A stretch of DNA of 64,000 nucleotides from Octopus bimaculoides (GCF_001194135.2 NC_068981.1:63503636-63567635); one strand, 5' to 3'. Shown: positions 11,866 through 24,624, counted from the stretch's first letter. Translations and numbers: made by a program. Notes: generated from the letters alone by a model not told the origin.

Positions 11866-12169
11866 TTAAAACTGATTGCCTGTGTTCAAGTCATAGGCTT
11901 TGTACCAGTAATATTAAAGGAATATCATTATTACCAGCCATATAACTGTATTTTGATGCTGGGACTATAATTTACAAATGTGGCGAATTAATGTTACAGT
12001 AATCTACAATAATTATACTTTTACAATTCTTATTCAAGGTGAGGAAATTAATGCTAACTTTTAAAAAATAAAAAAAAATTATTACATTAAAATATAATTA
12101 ATTAAAGCAAATTTCTGAAATATTTTAATATTTACAATAAATATATCTTCTGCTTTTTATAATTTACTT

Positions 12170-12510
12170 GTTTTAGTAATTGGCGTGCTGTCATGTTGGG
12201 GCACCACCTTGATAGTTTTAGTCGAACGAATCGACCCTAGCACTCTTTTTTAAAGTCTCTATTAATATTTTTCGCCGGACCGCTAAGTTACAAGCATGTA
12301 AACAAGCGAACATTGGTCGCTGAGCGATGGTGGAAGACAAACACACATATGTAGAACGAGCTTCTTCACAATTTTGGTTTATCAAATTCACTTACAAGGT
12401 ATTGCTCGGCCCGTGGCTATGGTAGAAAACTTGCCCAAAGTGCCGCACAGTGGGACTGAACCTAAAACCTTGTGGATTGCAAGGAGTGCTGTTTAACAAT
12501 ACAGCCACAC
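12170..12510 (-). mobile_element. SINE family D (CORE-like, CR1-type tail), diverged full length
   Basis: Aligns to 42368-42741, including acttgcccaaagtgccgcacagtgggactgaacc and the tail catgttggggcaccacc. Confidence 0.8.
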
Positions 12511-12572
12511 ATGTTCCTATATGTTATCAATGGCTATAAAACTGTTTATCTACTAATTAATTATATATGTGT

Positions 12573-12791
12573 TATTTCTTTACTACCCACAAGGGGCTAA
12601 ACGTAGAGGGGACAAACAAGGATTAAGTCGATTATATCGACCCCAGTGCGTAACTGGTACTTATTTAATCGACCCCGAAAGGATGAAAGGCAAAGTGGAC
12701 CTCGGCGGTATTTGAACTCAGAACGTAGCGGCAGACGAAATACCGCTAAGCATTTCGCCCGGCGTGCTAACGTTTCTGCCAGCTCACCGCC
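12573..12791 (-). mobile_element. SINE family A (tail type A1), full length, with target site duplication
   Basis: High similarity to 41913-42144. Flanked by attaattatatatgtgt (12556-12572) and attaattatataggtgt (12794-12810). Confidence 0.92.
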
Positions 12792-12808
12792 GTATTAATT
12801 ATATAGGT

Positions 12809-13118
12809 GTGGAAGCGCAATGACCCAGTGGTTAGGGCAGCGAACTCGTGCCCGGAGGTTCACGATTTCGATTTCCAGACCGGGCGTTGTGTGTGTTTAT
12901 TGAGCGAAAACACTTAAAGCTCCACGAGGCTCCGACAGGGGGTGATGGCGACCTCTGTTGTACTCTTACGCCCCAACTTTCTCTCACTCATTTTTGCTGT
13001 TTCTTGAGTAAAGCTGCAATGGACTGGCGTCCCGTTCAGCTAAGGGGGAACACATACGCCATAGAAACCGGGAAACCGGACCCATGAGCCTGTCTAGGCT
13101 TTAAAAGGGCGCATAAAT
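12809..13118 (+). mobile_element. SINE family B1 (tRNA head, V-domain-like 3' part)
   Basis: A-box tgacccagtgg and B-box ttcgatttcc; aligns with 25661-25950. The segment ctgcaatggactggcgtcccgttcag resembles the V-SINE domain as remembered. Confidence 0.88.
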
Positions 13119-13970
13119 AAAATAAATAAATTATATATGTAACATATCTATCAATTCCACATGAGGCAACGTGACATTTTTAGCGTGATCAAGCAACAAT
13201 CAATTGATTAGGGAAGGCCCTGAATAACAGAAACTTTAGTGTGTCAAACAAGATACTTTAACGTGTATAGCTGCGTATTTTCTTGTTGTGAGTCTTGAGT
13301 TTAAATTCTGTCGGGGCCAGGTAAGCCCCTTTTCTTTCTGGATCGAATAAAATGAGGAGGACAAACAAGACTAAGATTGATCTGATTTGCTATTTCCAAA
13401 TGTCTAATGCTGTGCCTATGTCAGTAAAATCTACTGAACCTGATAGAATACCTTTCATGTTTTGAGCCTAAATACTACCGTGATTGATCTTACTTTTCAT
13501 ACTTTTCATACTTTTGGAGTTTGACTCAGTTGACTTTGTCCTTCCTCATAAAATTTCCAATCTTGTGCGAATGTTAGAAATAAATGTTTGCGTTTTAACT
13601 AAAGATAGTATTGCTTGATTTTAATATAGTACAAGACTAATTTTTGTATGACTTGCATATCTATTATTCTCTCTTTGTTTCTTGAATTAAACAACAAAGC
13701 CCTCACAACCAATATTTTACATTTTTATAAATGTAAGGTAATATTCTATAACATAGTCTTAGATACACTATAGCTAAAATAAATAAATAAATAAATAATA
13801 AAGCGAAGCGATGACCGAGTGTCTACAGCTGAAACGCTTTCCATAATAGACCTCTCTATCAGAACTAGTCAAGGATTAAACAGCAACAAAAATAACACAT
13901 ATAATTCTTCTAAGTAAACGGTAAGCAATATTAGTCAAGAGTCATATATATATATATATATATATATATA

Positions 13971-14132
13971 CGACGGACTTCTTTTAGTTTTCGCCTACCA
14001 AATCCACTCACAAGGCTTTGGTTGGGCCGAGGCTATAGAAAAAGACACTTGTACAAGGTGCAACGCAGTGGGACTGAACTCGGGACTATGTGGTTGGGAA
14101 GCAAACTTCTTACCACATAAACACTCCTGCAC
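13971..14132 (-). mobile_element. SINE family D, 5' half
   Basis: ccaaatccactcacaaggctttgg...gacacttgtacaaggtgcaacgcagtgggactgaac matches the other D copies. Confidence 0.88.
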
Positions 14133-14176
14133 CTATATATATATAAATATATATATATATGTGTGTGTGTATAGTA

Positions 14177-14385
14177 AATCCCAAAATGACGAAGAACAAA
14201 CACAAGAAAAAAGACAACTCTAGAACGTGGTACATGCAAAATAGTAGCAGACGCTCAGGGAAAGAAAGAAAGGTGGTTTTTACGTTTCGAGCAAAGCTCT
14301 TCTTCAGAAACAGGAGACAGAGGAAAGTCCAAGAGAAAAGGAAGACGGGGGGAAAAATCACTAACGATTCACATGTGAGGCCTTT
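14177..14385 (-). repeat. Dispersed repeat family G, second copy with hammerhead
   Basis: Homologous to 2392-2595. Confidence 0.8.
14276..14312 (-). ncRNA. Minimal type I hammerhead motif (second copy)
   Basis: Core, stem II and ACGU stem III identical to 2492-2528. One extra A weakens stem I. Confidence 0.65.
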
Positions 14386-14494
14386 CCATCAAGAACGATG
14401 TATTACTCGAAGTAGCATTGCCCATAAGGCAATCTACCCGATATCCCAATTCACCACCTTTCCTAAAAATATTAAATCGGCAAAAAAAATAACA

Positions 14495-14606
14495 AAAAAA
14501 ACCAGACAGGATGGGTACGGTTGCAAACATACTTCATTATGCTCGGTCCGGGCTGACCCGGGTTAAAATAGCAATTACAACTATGTGGACCGAAGTAATC
14601 AGATTC
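14495..14606 (-). repeat. Dispersed repeat family F
   Basis: Reverse complement aligns to 18240-18350 (aatctgattacttc...cacatagttgtaattgctatttta...accatcctgtct). Confidence 0.75.
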
Positions 14607-15066
14607 TATTCAAATTAAGTAGGAACATTCAACAGTTTCCTTTGTCTATTCTACCACTAGCTTTGGTTTTATAACCCCCAGGACGCATCTAGCCGTTATT
14701 TAGTTGGTTAAACCTCTACTATTCCGACGCCATCTTCATTATAACAATCATCTTGATGATTATTATTGATTTCTTATATTGGCATTGATCCACAAATGAT
14801 AGGTGAGGATATAATTTATAATGTCTTCCATAGGATTTGACTGGTGCATTACTTTATCGATCAAGCATGGATAACATCGTATCCTTGGGATTAGAACTCC
14901 GCACCTCAACGGCTGAAAATAATATCCGAAGTCATTTACTCGGCTGCACCACACACTTTGCTAATCTAATCCAACCCTCTTAATGAATCATAATGGTTAT
15001 AATCATTACCAAGTAATGTGCTGTCACTTAAAAAATAATTACTGTAGTTTTTGGTGGGGAGATATG

Positions 15067-15154
<88 letters not shown>

Positions 15155-15234
15155 CATACATACATATTCAATGTATTCATATATATATAAATGTGTGTGT
15201 ACATATAAATGTTCAATCTATATATATATGTATG

Positions 15235-15290
<56 letters not shown>

Positions 15291-17865
15291 ACAATCAGTA
15301 AGCGTTTTGTGGCTTTTTCAAAAATTTACATTACAGAAATGTCATTTCTGTTTTGCAGTGTTTGTGTGTGAACGTTTATGTGTGCTTAATTAAGTGTACA
15401 TTTGTATGAGTATGTATACGCGTGAATATATGCATATATATGCGAATGCATATGCATGTATGCATATGGGTATGCGTGCACATTTATAATTGAGTGTGTG
15501 TCTATCTGCACGTATATCGCTATATGCGTCCGTTTAAATGATTTTCTGTGTTTTCTTAATATCCCCTTTTATTTCAATGCAATCTATGTGAGCGTGTAAG
15601 TGTATGTGTGTCTATTAATTTTGAACATAATTGCACGTCTGTGTTGTCAGTGTGTGCATATTCCTCTGTGTTTGGGGCTGTGTGTGTGTGTGTGTGCACG
15701 CGTGTGCGTGCGTGCGTGCGTGTGTGTGTATGTGTGTCTAAGAGTAGATATGTACGTTCAGTTTCTTTAGTTAAATACGAGCCAGTTGCTGTATGATGAT
15801 TACTGTTTGACAGTCGGGACTGCTGTTAATGATACAGACCTCTGCAATTGCCAGACAAAGAAGCGCCAGGGTTGCGGAACGAACTGTGATAATCACAGAT
15901 CACCCTCACGTAATGTTGGCAGCAAACGGCACCATAAGTCCATCAAGGACTCATTCTAAACAGTATATTTTATGCAATAATCACCTATTGAGAAGAAGGT
16001 GGTAAGATCAAGAAATTCTTCCTCTGCTAGCGCCACCTGTCTGTCTCAGTTAATACGCCAAGCCGGCTAAACCGGTAGGCAAAACTTCAAACCATCCATC
16101 TATACATCCATACTTCCTTTATCTTGNNNNNNNNNNNNNNNNNNNNNNNNNNNNNNNNNNNNNNNNNNNNNNNNNNNNNNNNNNNNNNNNNNNNNNNNNN
16201 NNNNNNNNNNNNNNNNNNNNNNNNNNNNNNNNNNNNNNNNNNNNNNNNNNNNNNNNNNNNNNNNNNNNNNNNNNNNNNNNNNNNNNNNNNNNNNNNNNNN
16301 NNNNNNNNNNNNNNNNNNNNNNNNNNNNNNNNNNNNNNNNNNNNNNNNNNNNNNNNNNNNNNNNNNNNNNNNNNNNNNNNNNNNNNNNNNNNNNNNNNNN
16401 NNNNNNNNNNNNNNNNNNNNNNNNNNNNNNNNNNNNNNNNNNNNNNNNNNNNNNNNNNNNNNNNNNNNNNNNNNNNNNNNNNNNNNNNNNNNNNNNNNNN
16501 NNNNNNNNNNNNNNNNNNNNNNNNNNNNNNNNNNNNNNNNNNNNNNNNNNNNNNNNNNNNNNNNNNNNNNNNNNNNNNNNNNNNNNNNNNNNNNNNNNNN
16601 NNNNNNNNNNNNNNNNNNNNNNNNNNNNNNNNNNNNNNNNNNNNNNNNNNNNNNNNNNNNNNNNNNNNNNNNNNNNNNNNNNNNNNNNNNNNNNNNNNNN
16701 NNNNNNNNNNNNNNNNNNNNNNNNNNNNNNNNNNCATCCGTGCATTCACCCAGTTAACCACCTTCTCCCCCCTCCTGTCATTCACTGTATGGGACACAAA
16801 CTGATAAATCCTTTTGTTCTCTAGCTTTCGTCTTATAACAACCACTCACTCTTCTTTTTCCTTCCCTCTTCTTCTTTGTCTCCCCAACCACCTTTACCAA
16901 CGCCTCTGCTAACGCCCCGGATCTGGTCGCTTCTGATGAGGTCGACAAAGGTCACACGGCGTGCGTGTTCCTTTATCGGCTATTAGCAATCGCGTGAATG
17001 TTATCTGTCGTTAAGTTGAAGGAATATCTAATGCTAGTAGGATGCTAGTTGCTTATCAATAAACTACCTCCTCAGTGTTAGGTAGGAAAAACTACCTCTG
17101 GCTCCAACAAGTCAGAAAAAGAAGAAAGGAAGAAAGAAGAGAAAGAAAGAAACAAAGGAGGAAGTGAGAAAGCTTACCTGACAGAGGCAATGGCGTGTTT
17201 TCCAGATTGAATCAGAGACATTAAAACAGAGCGGGGACGGAAAATTACATTCTTGGAAAAAATTGAAAGCGTGTTGTAGGATTAATTACTTGTATGTTAT
17301 TATGATCTCTACGTATGCATCTCTGTATGTATGTATGTATGTATGTATGTATGTATGTATGTATGTATGTATGTATGTATCTATCTATCTATCTATGTAT
17401 GTATGTATGTATGTATGTATGTATGTATGTATCTCTCTATCTATGCATGCATGCATGCATGTATGTATGAATGCCTACATACATTTAGGTATGTATGTGT
17501 TTGCATATATGTGCGTACGTATTTATGCATGCATGCATGTATACGTGCATGTTTATCTCTACTCTTGGGAATATGTAGCAGTCTTTTTCTCAAGGTTGTT
17601 TTCTAATAAGCACAAATTTTACCATGGAGATTTTCATTTTCTTAACATTACGTGTCTCCACTTCTGGGTGTGTTTATTGAAGCTGTTTCTTATGAAGGAG
17701 AAAAAAATTGATAAATTTTGTATGTTAGGGGGATTTCTTTAAAAGTTATTCCTGGTATATTACCCAGGTAAATTGTACAACTGTACAGTTTTGGAGTGTC
17801 TTTTATTTTGACTGATCTGAAATCCAAGTTAATACCAACATAAAATTTAGGATATTCTCTTATTC

Positions 17866-18200
17866 TCTGACTTGTTTCAGTCATTTGATTGCGACCATGC
17901 TGGAGCACCGCCTTTAGTCGAATCAAATCAACTCCAGGACTTATTTTTGTAAGCCTAGTACTTATTTTATCGGGCTCTTTTGCCAAACTGCTAAGTTACG
18001 GGGACCTAAACACACCAACATCAGTTGTCAAGCGATGTTGGAGCTACAAACACAAACATATACACACACACATACATACATATATATAGATATATACGAT
18101 GGGTTTCTTTCAGTTTCCGTCTACCAAATCCACTCTCAAGGCTTTGGTCGGCCCGAGGCTATAGTAGAAGACACTTGCCCAAGGTGCCACGCAGTGGGAC
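17866..18200 (-). mobile_element. SINE family D, 5'-truncated
   Basis: Close match to 42368-42741; tail gtttcagtcatttgattgcgaccatgctggagcaccgcc. Confidence 0.92.
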
Positions 18201-18239
18201 AGTTTTAGACTACATCAGTCTAAGAAATAATTTGAATAG

Positions 18240-18350
18240 AATCTGATTACTTCTCTGTCCACATAGTTGTAATTGCTATTTTAAAACCCAGCTCAGCCCT
18301 GACCCAACATGATGAAGTATGATTCCAACCGTAACCATCCTGTCTTTTTT
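18240..18350 (+). repeat. Dispersed repeat family F
   Basis: Inverted homologue of 14495-14606. Weaker relatives lie near 43355-43420 and 51465-51530. Confidence 0.75.
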
Positions 18351-19487
18351 TTTTTTTTGCTGACATAGTATACCTAGGAAAGGTGGCGAATTGGGATGTC
18401 GGGTAGATTGCCTTATGATATTTCATTTTATTACACCGGGATGAAGTTTGTTTTTCAGCTTTTAGGGTTCGATAAGTAAAGTAGCGATCTAACTTAGTAC
18501 TACATTGTCCAATTTGTCCTTCCTTTTCTTAAGACGGTAGGGCGTGATACTTGATATTCTGTTGATTGTTATTTCTAGCAGGCAAAACGATCTTGGCTGC
18601 AAACAGTAACTGTGTCAACAAAACAGTAATACAACTTTACTTTAATGCTGCAGGCTCAAGACGACGGGAAAGCGGCAGAGCAGTAATTTTTGTTATCCCC
18701 GCCCCCCGAAACTTCAGTATGGTCAAAAAATATATCAAGCAACGGGTTTTGAGGTGTGGAGACGTGACACAACATGAATTTTCCGTTAGTGATTTACGCG
18801 TGAGAACTTGGTTGAGTGGCAGAAAATGATGAGTGAATAGATACATAATTTCGAAGAAAGAGTCATTTGACATTTACGGATTTGCAAATAAACGAAAACT
18901 TAATGGTTGAAATGGCTAGACAGCGTCACACCCACCTAACAAAAAAGTGGAGTAAGTTGCATTGTGTTTGGGGTTAAGTGAATAAAGAGGGGAATTTATT
19001 AGGTAGGAGGAAAAATGAGGGTAATTAATTGGACATAAGATCTTGAGGAAGTCTTGTCATTATTTTTTAAACCTTAGTCGATCTTGATGGAGAAAATCCT
19101 TGACAAAAAGCATTCCAGCCATTAGCATCATTCTTTATATTCCAGAAATTATGTTTCAAGGATTACATTATACTAGTAACATTTTGCTTTTAAAATGACA
19201 GTGTGTGATTTGATGGAGACTTAGGGTCTATTTTTGATAGGTTGAGCGATAGGTTCATCGGCTTTTCGTGTGACAGATAGAGGAATATGAAAAAAATATT
19301 TCTTTGTTTTCTTTTCAGATATGCAAATTAGTCAAAATCTTATTGTAGCATTTCACATATACTCTATATCTATTGACAGTCTGCTTCTGTATATTGTGCT
19401 TCATCAGTACAGAACAATAAAGTAATAGACAATCAATTAATTGTTTATATTCATGTAAGATGTTAAAATTTTCATTCAAGGAGAAGG

Positions 19488-19519
<32 letters not shown>

Positions 19520-19641
19520 GGAGAGAGAGGGGGAATTATGGTAAACGAGAGAAAAAATAACAAGGTAGATATAGAGAAATAGAAATAACTTTTGAACTGA
19601 ACTTGTTTGATATTCATTTTATTCATGGCAAAGGTAGTTAA

Positions 19642-19688
<47 letters not shown>

Positions 19689-19783
19689 NNNNNNNNNNNN
19701 NNNNNNNNNNNNNNNNNNNNNNNNNNNNNNNNNNNNNNNNNNNNNNNNNNNNNNNNNNNNNNNNNNNNNNNNNNNNNNNNNNN

Positions 19784-19859
<76 letters not shown>

Positions 19860-20644
19860 ATATATATATATGTATATATATATATACATATATATATAGA
19901 TATATATTAAAAGACATTTCAACCACCATAACAGAAATCAGAAACCGAAGATGGCGACCAACCAGAATCGTTGGAGCGTCGTAAATAATACTTAGCAGTA
20001 TTCGTTCCCGCTCTTTATGAGCTAATGTCAAACCCGACCGAGGTCTACTTTGCCTTTTTATCCCCCATAGTTCGGGAAAACAAAGTACAAGGCAAGTACT
20101 AGTGCCTTTGATACCGACAAGCCTTCCCCTTTCAAAATTCTTCGATTTGTTTCTAAACTAGAAACAATAATTGCAATATCATTATGCAGCTAATTAGCAG
20201 AAAAACAAGACCGTTAGAAAAAAAAAAGAGTATGGGTACGCATGCACACGCACACGCGCGCGCACACCTACACACACACACACACATATATACATATATA
20301 TACTGAGAAAGAGAGAGAGAGAAAGAGAGAGAAAGTGGATTCTCACATCGATTTCGGTGAAAGAGCATCCAACAGTCAACCCTTATACTACTCTCGCAGA
20401 TAATTTGTTTTCAGTGGTAAAGGTTTGTGTAGGACCATCCACAACTTTTCGAAATGTTCATAGAAGAATGTTGATGCTACATTCTCATGCTTTTCTATTA
20501 GAACGCTTCATCTCCTAGGTTAGTAGCATCTCCACGGCCTAGAATCCAGCCAAGTCAGGTAGGCTAAAAGCGCACCTGGGCAACAAGCCAGAAATGTTTA
20601 TGTTCTTGTACATACATACATACATACATACATACATACATACA

Positions 20645-20675
<31 letters not shown>

Positions 20676-20689
20676 GATTTCCCTGTGGC

Positions 20690-20756
20690 AGATATTATTA
20701 TTATCATCATCATCCTTAATATAATTATTATCATCATCATCATCATCATCATCATT

Positions 20757-20839
<83 letters not shown>

Positions 20840-20860
20840 TATTATTAATAATAATAATAT
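20690..20860. repeat. Compound microsatellite (TCA)n-(TTA)n-(ATA)n
   Basis: Directly visible. Confidence 0.9.
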
Positions 20861-20867
20861 TCTTATT

Positions 20868-21024
20868 AAGAATCGTTAGCACACTGGACGAAATGCTTAA
20901 ATTCCGTCGAGGTCGACTTTCATCCTCTCGGGGTCGATAAATTAAGTACCAGTGAAACACTGGAGTTCTTCTAATCGACTTCCTCACCATCCAAATTTCA
21001 GGCCTTGTGCCTAGAGTAGAAAGG

Positions 21025-21098
<74 letters not shown>

Positions 21099-21317
21099 GG
21101 TGGTAAGCTGGTCGAATCGTTAGCACGCTGGGCAAAATGCTTAGCAGTATTTCATCCGTCTTTACTTTCCGAGTTCAAATTCTGCTGAGATCGACTTTGC
21201 CTTTCATCCTTTCGGGGTCGATAAAATAAGTACCAGTTACGTACCGGGATCTATGCGGTCGACTTATCTCCCCCACCAAAGTTTCAGGCCTTATGCTTTT
21301 AGTAGAAAAGATTATTA

Positions 21318-21380
<63 letters not shown>
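20868..21380 (+). mobile_element. Two head-to-tail SINE A copies (tail type A2), each ending in (ATT)n
   Basis: Copy 1 at 20868-21024 has an internal deletion; (ATT)n runs to 21096. Copy 2 at 21097-21310 is followed by (ATT)n to about 21380. Confidence 0.9.
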
Positions 21381-21381
<1 letters not shown>

Positions 21382-23199
21382 CATCATCATCCTCATTATT
21401 TTAATTTTGTTAAATTTTTATTGACCAACCCGCATCAAAAAGACAAAATTAGGGAAAAAAAGAAAAAGAAAAAGAAAAATTCAAGAATNNNNNNNNNNNN
21501 NNNNNNNNNNNNNNNNNNNNNNNNNNNNNNNNNNNNNNNNNNNNNNNNNNNNNNNNNNNNNNNNNNNNNNNNNNNNNNNNNNNNNNNNNNNNNNNNNNNN
21601 NNNNNNNNNNNNNNNNNNNNNNNNNNNNNNNNNNNNNNNNNNNNNNNNNNNNNNNNNNNNNNNNNNNNNNNNNNNNNNNNNNNNNNNNNNNNNNNNNNNN
21701 NNNNNNNNNNNNNNNNNNNNNNNNNNNNNNNNNNNNNNNNNNNNNNNNNNNNNNNNNNNNNNNNNNNNNNNNNNNNNNNNNNNNNNNNNNNNNNNNNNNN
21801 NNNNNNNNNNNNNNNNNNNNNNNNNNNNNNNNNNNNNNNNNNNNNNNAGGAGGAAAAAAAAGAAAAGGAAAAAGAAAAGGGAAAACTATATATATATATG
21901 TGTTCTGCCGTAATTATTATTTTGGAAGTCGACGGCATCTGTGAGCATTCATATTGCAGGTCTCGGTTTCTCTCTCATTTATATTCATTCAAGCGCAATT
22001 TCGCAATGTTACAGCCAGCCTGCTATTTAGCTTCATTTCGTCCATTCATTTTTCCATCACACCTCCTTAAACAGCGGGTTTATAAAATATTGCATTAGAC
22101 CCGTTCTTATCCATCACCTCCTTCCTCCTCCTCCCCGAGGCTCTCTGTTTAACTTTTTATTTATTATTTATTTATTTATTCATTCATTCATTCGTTCGTT
22201 TTATTAATATAAGGTAGTTGTTTAGCCTCCAAATCATCACTGTTTTCGAGCAGATCTATGACCACACATGACCACACCGTTTTCTTCGCTTGAGAGTTAA
22301 TGAACATCATCCAATATGTTCTTTGATTCTTAGACAACAGTGCGACGTTTGGGAAATATTTTTCTGCTATTTGTACCGGTCGTGTGACTACATAGAGGTC
22401 TTCTCCTTGGTAGCTACAGTTATTGGTACTATTGTTGTTGCTGTTAATTTAGTCCGTGTCCGGCTCTGACTAAACAGCCCTATATCTCGTAGGTTGTCGA
22501 CCGAACGACCAGGTATGCCCCACAATCCCATCTTTGCGACTTTATAATGTCTCTGTGTAATCGAGGGATACAGTGCACATTTCGACATGCAAATATGAAT
22601 CGATTATGGTACAGTGTGAGAGTGGCAATCTTGAGGTAGAGTACTCCCGGAATTGCTCAATCTATTTTGCACGATAGCATATTCTGGTGCTGGTTAAAAC
22701 GAGGGCAAGAAAAATGGACTCGGTCACAGAGCAACAGTTGCTGTTTCTCTGCACTTATTGTTGATAATGCGCATCCCAGCAGAGTATTTGGGGCCAGCGA
22801 AGCTATTCATGTGTCAGGTATTTCCGTATTTATGTAACCATAATGCTTGTTTCGGCTGACTAGAAGAGCTAGTGGTTTAGAGTGTTGTAGTAATGTTTGA
22901 GGGGTTAGATGTGATTATTCATGTACTTGGGAGTGACTGTTCAGTTTGCAAAGTGCTGTGCAAGAGGTGTAAGTTGAAATTAAACTGTGCACTTCGTATA
23001 TCCAGGTGTTTTTATTTCGTTATTATTATGTTTTTTTCCCTAATATTGGTGATCTGTGGAAGTTGTCTCTATTTAATATATACATTACACTGTGTAATAC
23101 GGTTTTTGTCCTTGTGTAGCAACTGCTGTTTCTAATTTGCCTCTTGCGAGCAGGTATGAAGAAATGGCTAATATTTCCTTCAAACTTGGCTTTCTTTAC

Positions 23200-23370
23200 A
23201 TTTATTCAAACCCTAAAGAATCCCGCTCAACACATGGCTATGGTGCTCTCCCCACTGCACCTGCTCGTCATCAGAGATGCACATATTGTCAACCACTAAG
23301 GGGCATGTTCAAGTGGTTAAGGTCAAGTAACTGACAAGCAAATCTGAGGTATTGAGCAGAATATCGATAT
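23200..23370 (+). repeat. Dispersed repeat family H fragment
   Basis: tttattcaaaccctaaagaatcccgctcaacacatggctatg matches ttattcaaacctcaaagaattcctcttaacacatggctatg near 49035-49078. Confidence 0.65.
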
Positions 23371-23726
23371 TTCTGCTTTAGCAACTCTGTCTAAAATGTA
23401 ATGAAAATTAGGTCAGTTTCAAAACATTGATGTCCAGGTTATAAAAGCAAAGTTTGAAGGGAATAGTAGTCATTTCCATTGATTTCTAGAGAGAAGCAAA
23501 TAAGAAATAACACTTACTGAGCAAAGACAAAAAAAAAAAAAAATTTTGTTACACAGTTTTATTGGTTCATCTAAATATGACATTTAGTCACTAACAGTAT
23601 ACAACGATTCAAAATGTTCCAGATGTTATATAATAGTCCATCGCATCTATATTTGTCTATAGCGCTAGTTTTTGTCTTTAACAACGGTATATGGGTTTTT
23701 GTGAAATCATATGCGAATGTTATGGT

Positions 23727-24128
23727 TGGCACTCCGTCGGTTACGACGACGAGGGTTCCAGTTGATCCGATCAACGGAACAGCCTGCTCGTGAAATTAAC
23801 GTGCAAGTGGCTGAGCACTCCACAGATACGTGTACCCTTAACGTAGTTCTCGGGGGAGATACAGTGTGACACAGAGTGTGACAAGGCTGGCCCTTTGAAA
23901 TACAGGCACAGAAACAGGAAGAAAGAGTGAGAGAAAGTTGTGGTGAAAGAATACAGCAGGGTTCGCCACCACTCCCTACCGGAGCCTCGTGGAGCTTTAG
24001 GTGTTTTCGCTCAATAAACACTGGGAATCGAAACCGCGATCCTACGACCGCGAGTCCGCTGCCCTAACCACTGGGCCATTGCGCCTCCACAGTCCGCTGC
24101 CCTAACCGCTGGGCCATTGCGCCTCCAC
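23727..24128 (-). mobile_element. SINE family B2 (B1-type head joined to C-type tail) with duplicated 38 bp head
   Basis: 23910-24090 matches B1 copies and 23727-23910 matches the C tail at 61363-61526. 24053-24090 is repeated at 24091-24128 with one mismatch. Confidence 0.92.
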
Positions 24129-24504
24129 GACACAAATGTTAAACTTTTGTTTTAAAGAGCCTTCGAAGCTGCTGTAGACTTCTCGAGATTTTATTCTTTC
24201 TGCTAGATTAAAAAGATCTATTTTGAGTGGCTGGGGTTCTTTCCTTTTTTCTGTATACTTGCTTTCGTACGTTACACTCACACGTTTTGCGCTGTATTTT
24301 CGTATTTTTCAAAAGCAAACCTACACCAGTATTTTCCTTCTCTTTCTCTCATTTTCGTCTCTTTCATTTTCTTTCTCTAATTGGTAAAAAAAAAATCACT
24401 TCATCATTCTCTTCATCCCCAGCATGTCTTCCCTTATATTGTACACAATGATTGTATTTTCAAAACAACAAGATCCTTTCTTTGCTCTTAACTAATTTCA
24501 CTCA

Positions 24505-24620
24505 GAAACTTTGGGTCAAACCGGTGTTATGCAAAAGACATTTATCCAAGATGCCGCACGACGGAATTTGGCTTAGGACCTTGTGATTGCAATGCAAACT
24601 TCCTAACCATTCCATCATGC
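24505..24620 (-). mobile_element. SINE family D 5' part, highly diverged
   Basis: gacatttatccaagatgccgcacgacggaatttgg...cttcctaacc resembles the D head and centre. Confidence 0.55.
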
Positions 24621-24624
24621 TACG

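Noticed and set aside
12809-12880. tRNA gene-like sequences (also at 41913, 44196, 61217 and others)
   Set aside because: A and B boxes are present, but there is no complete cloverleaf and each continues into a SINE body.
16933-16970. CTGATGAGGTC motif
   Set aside because: No downstream stem II closure or GAAA.
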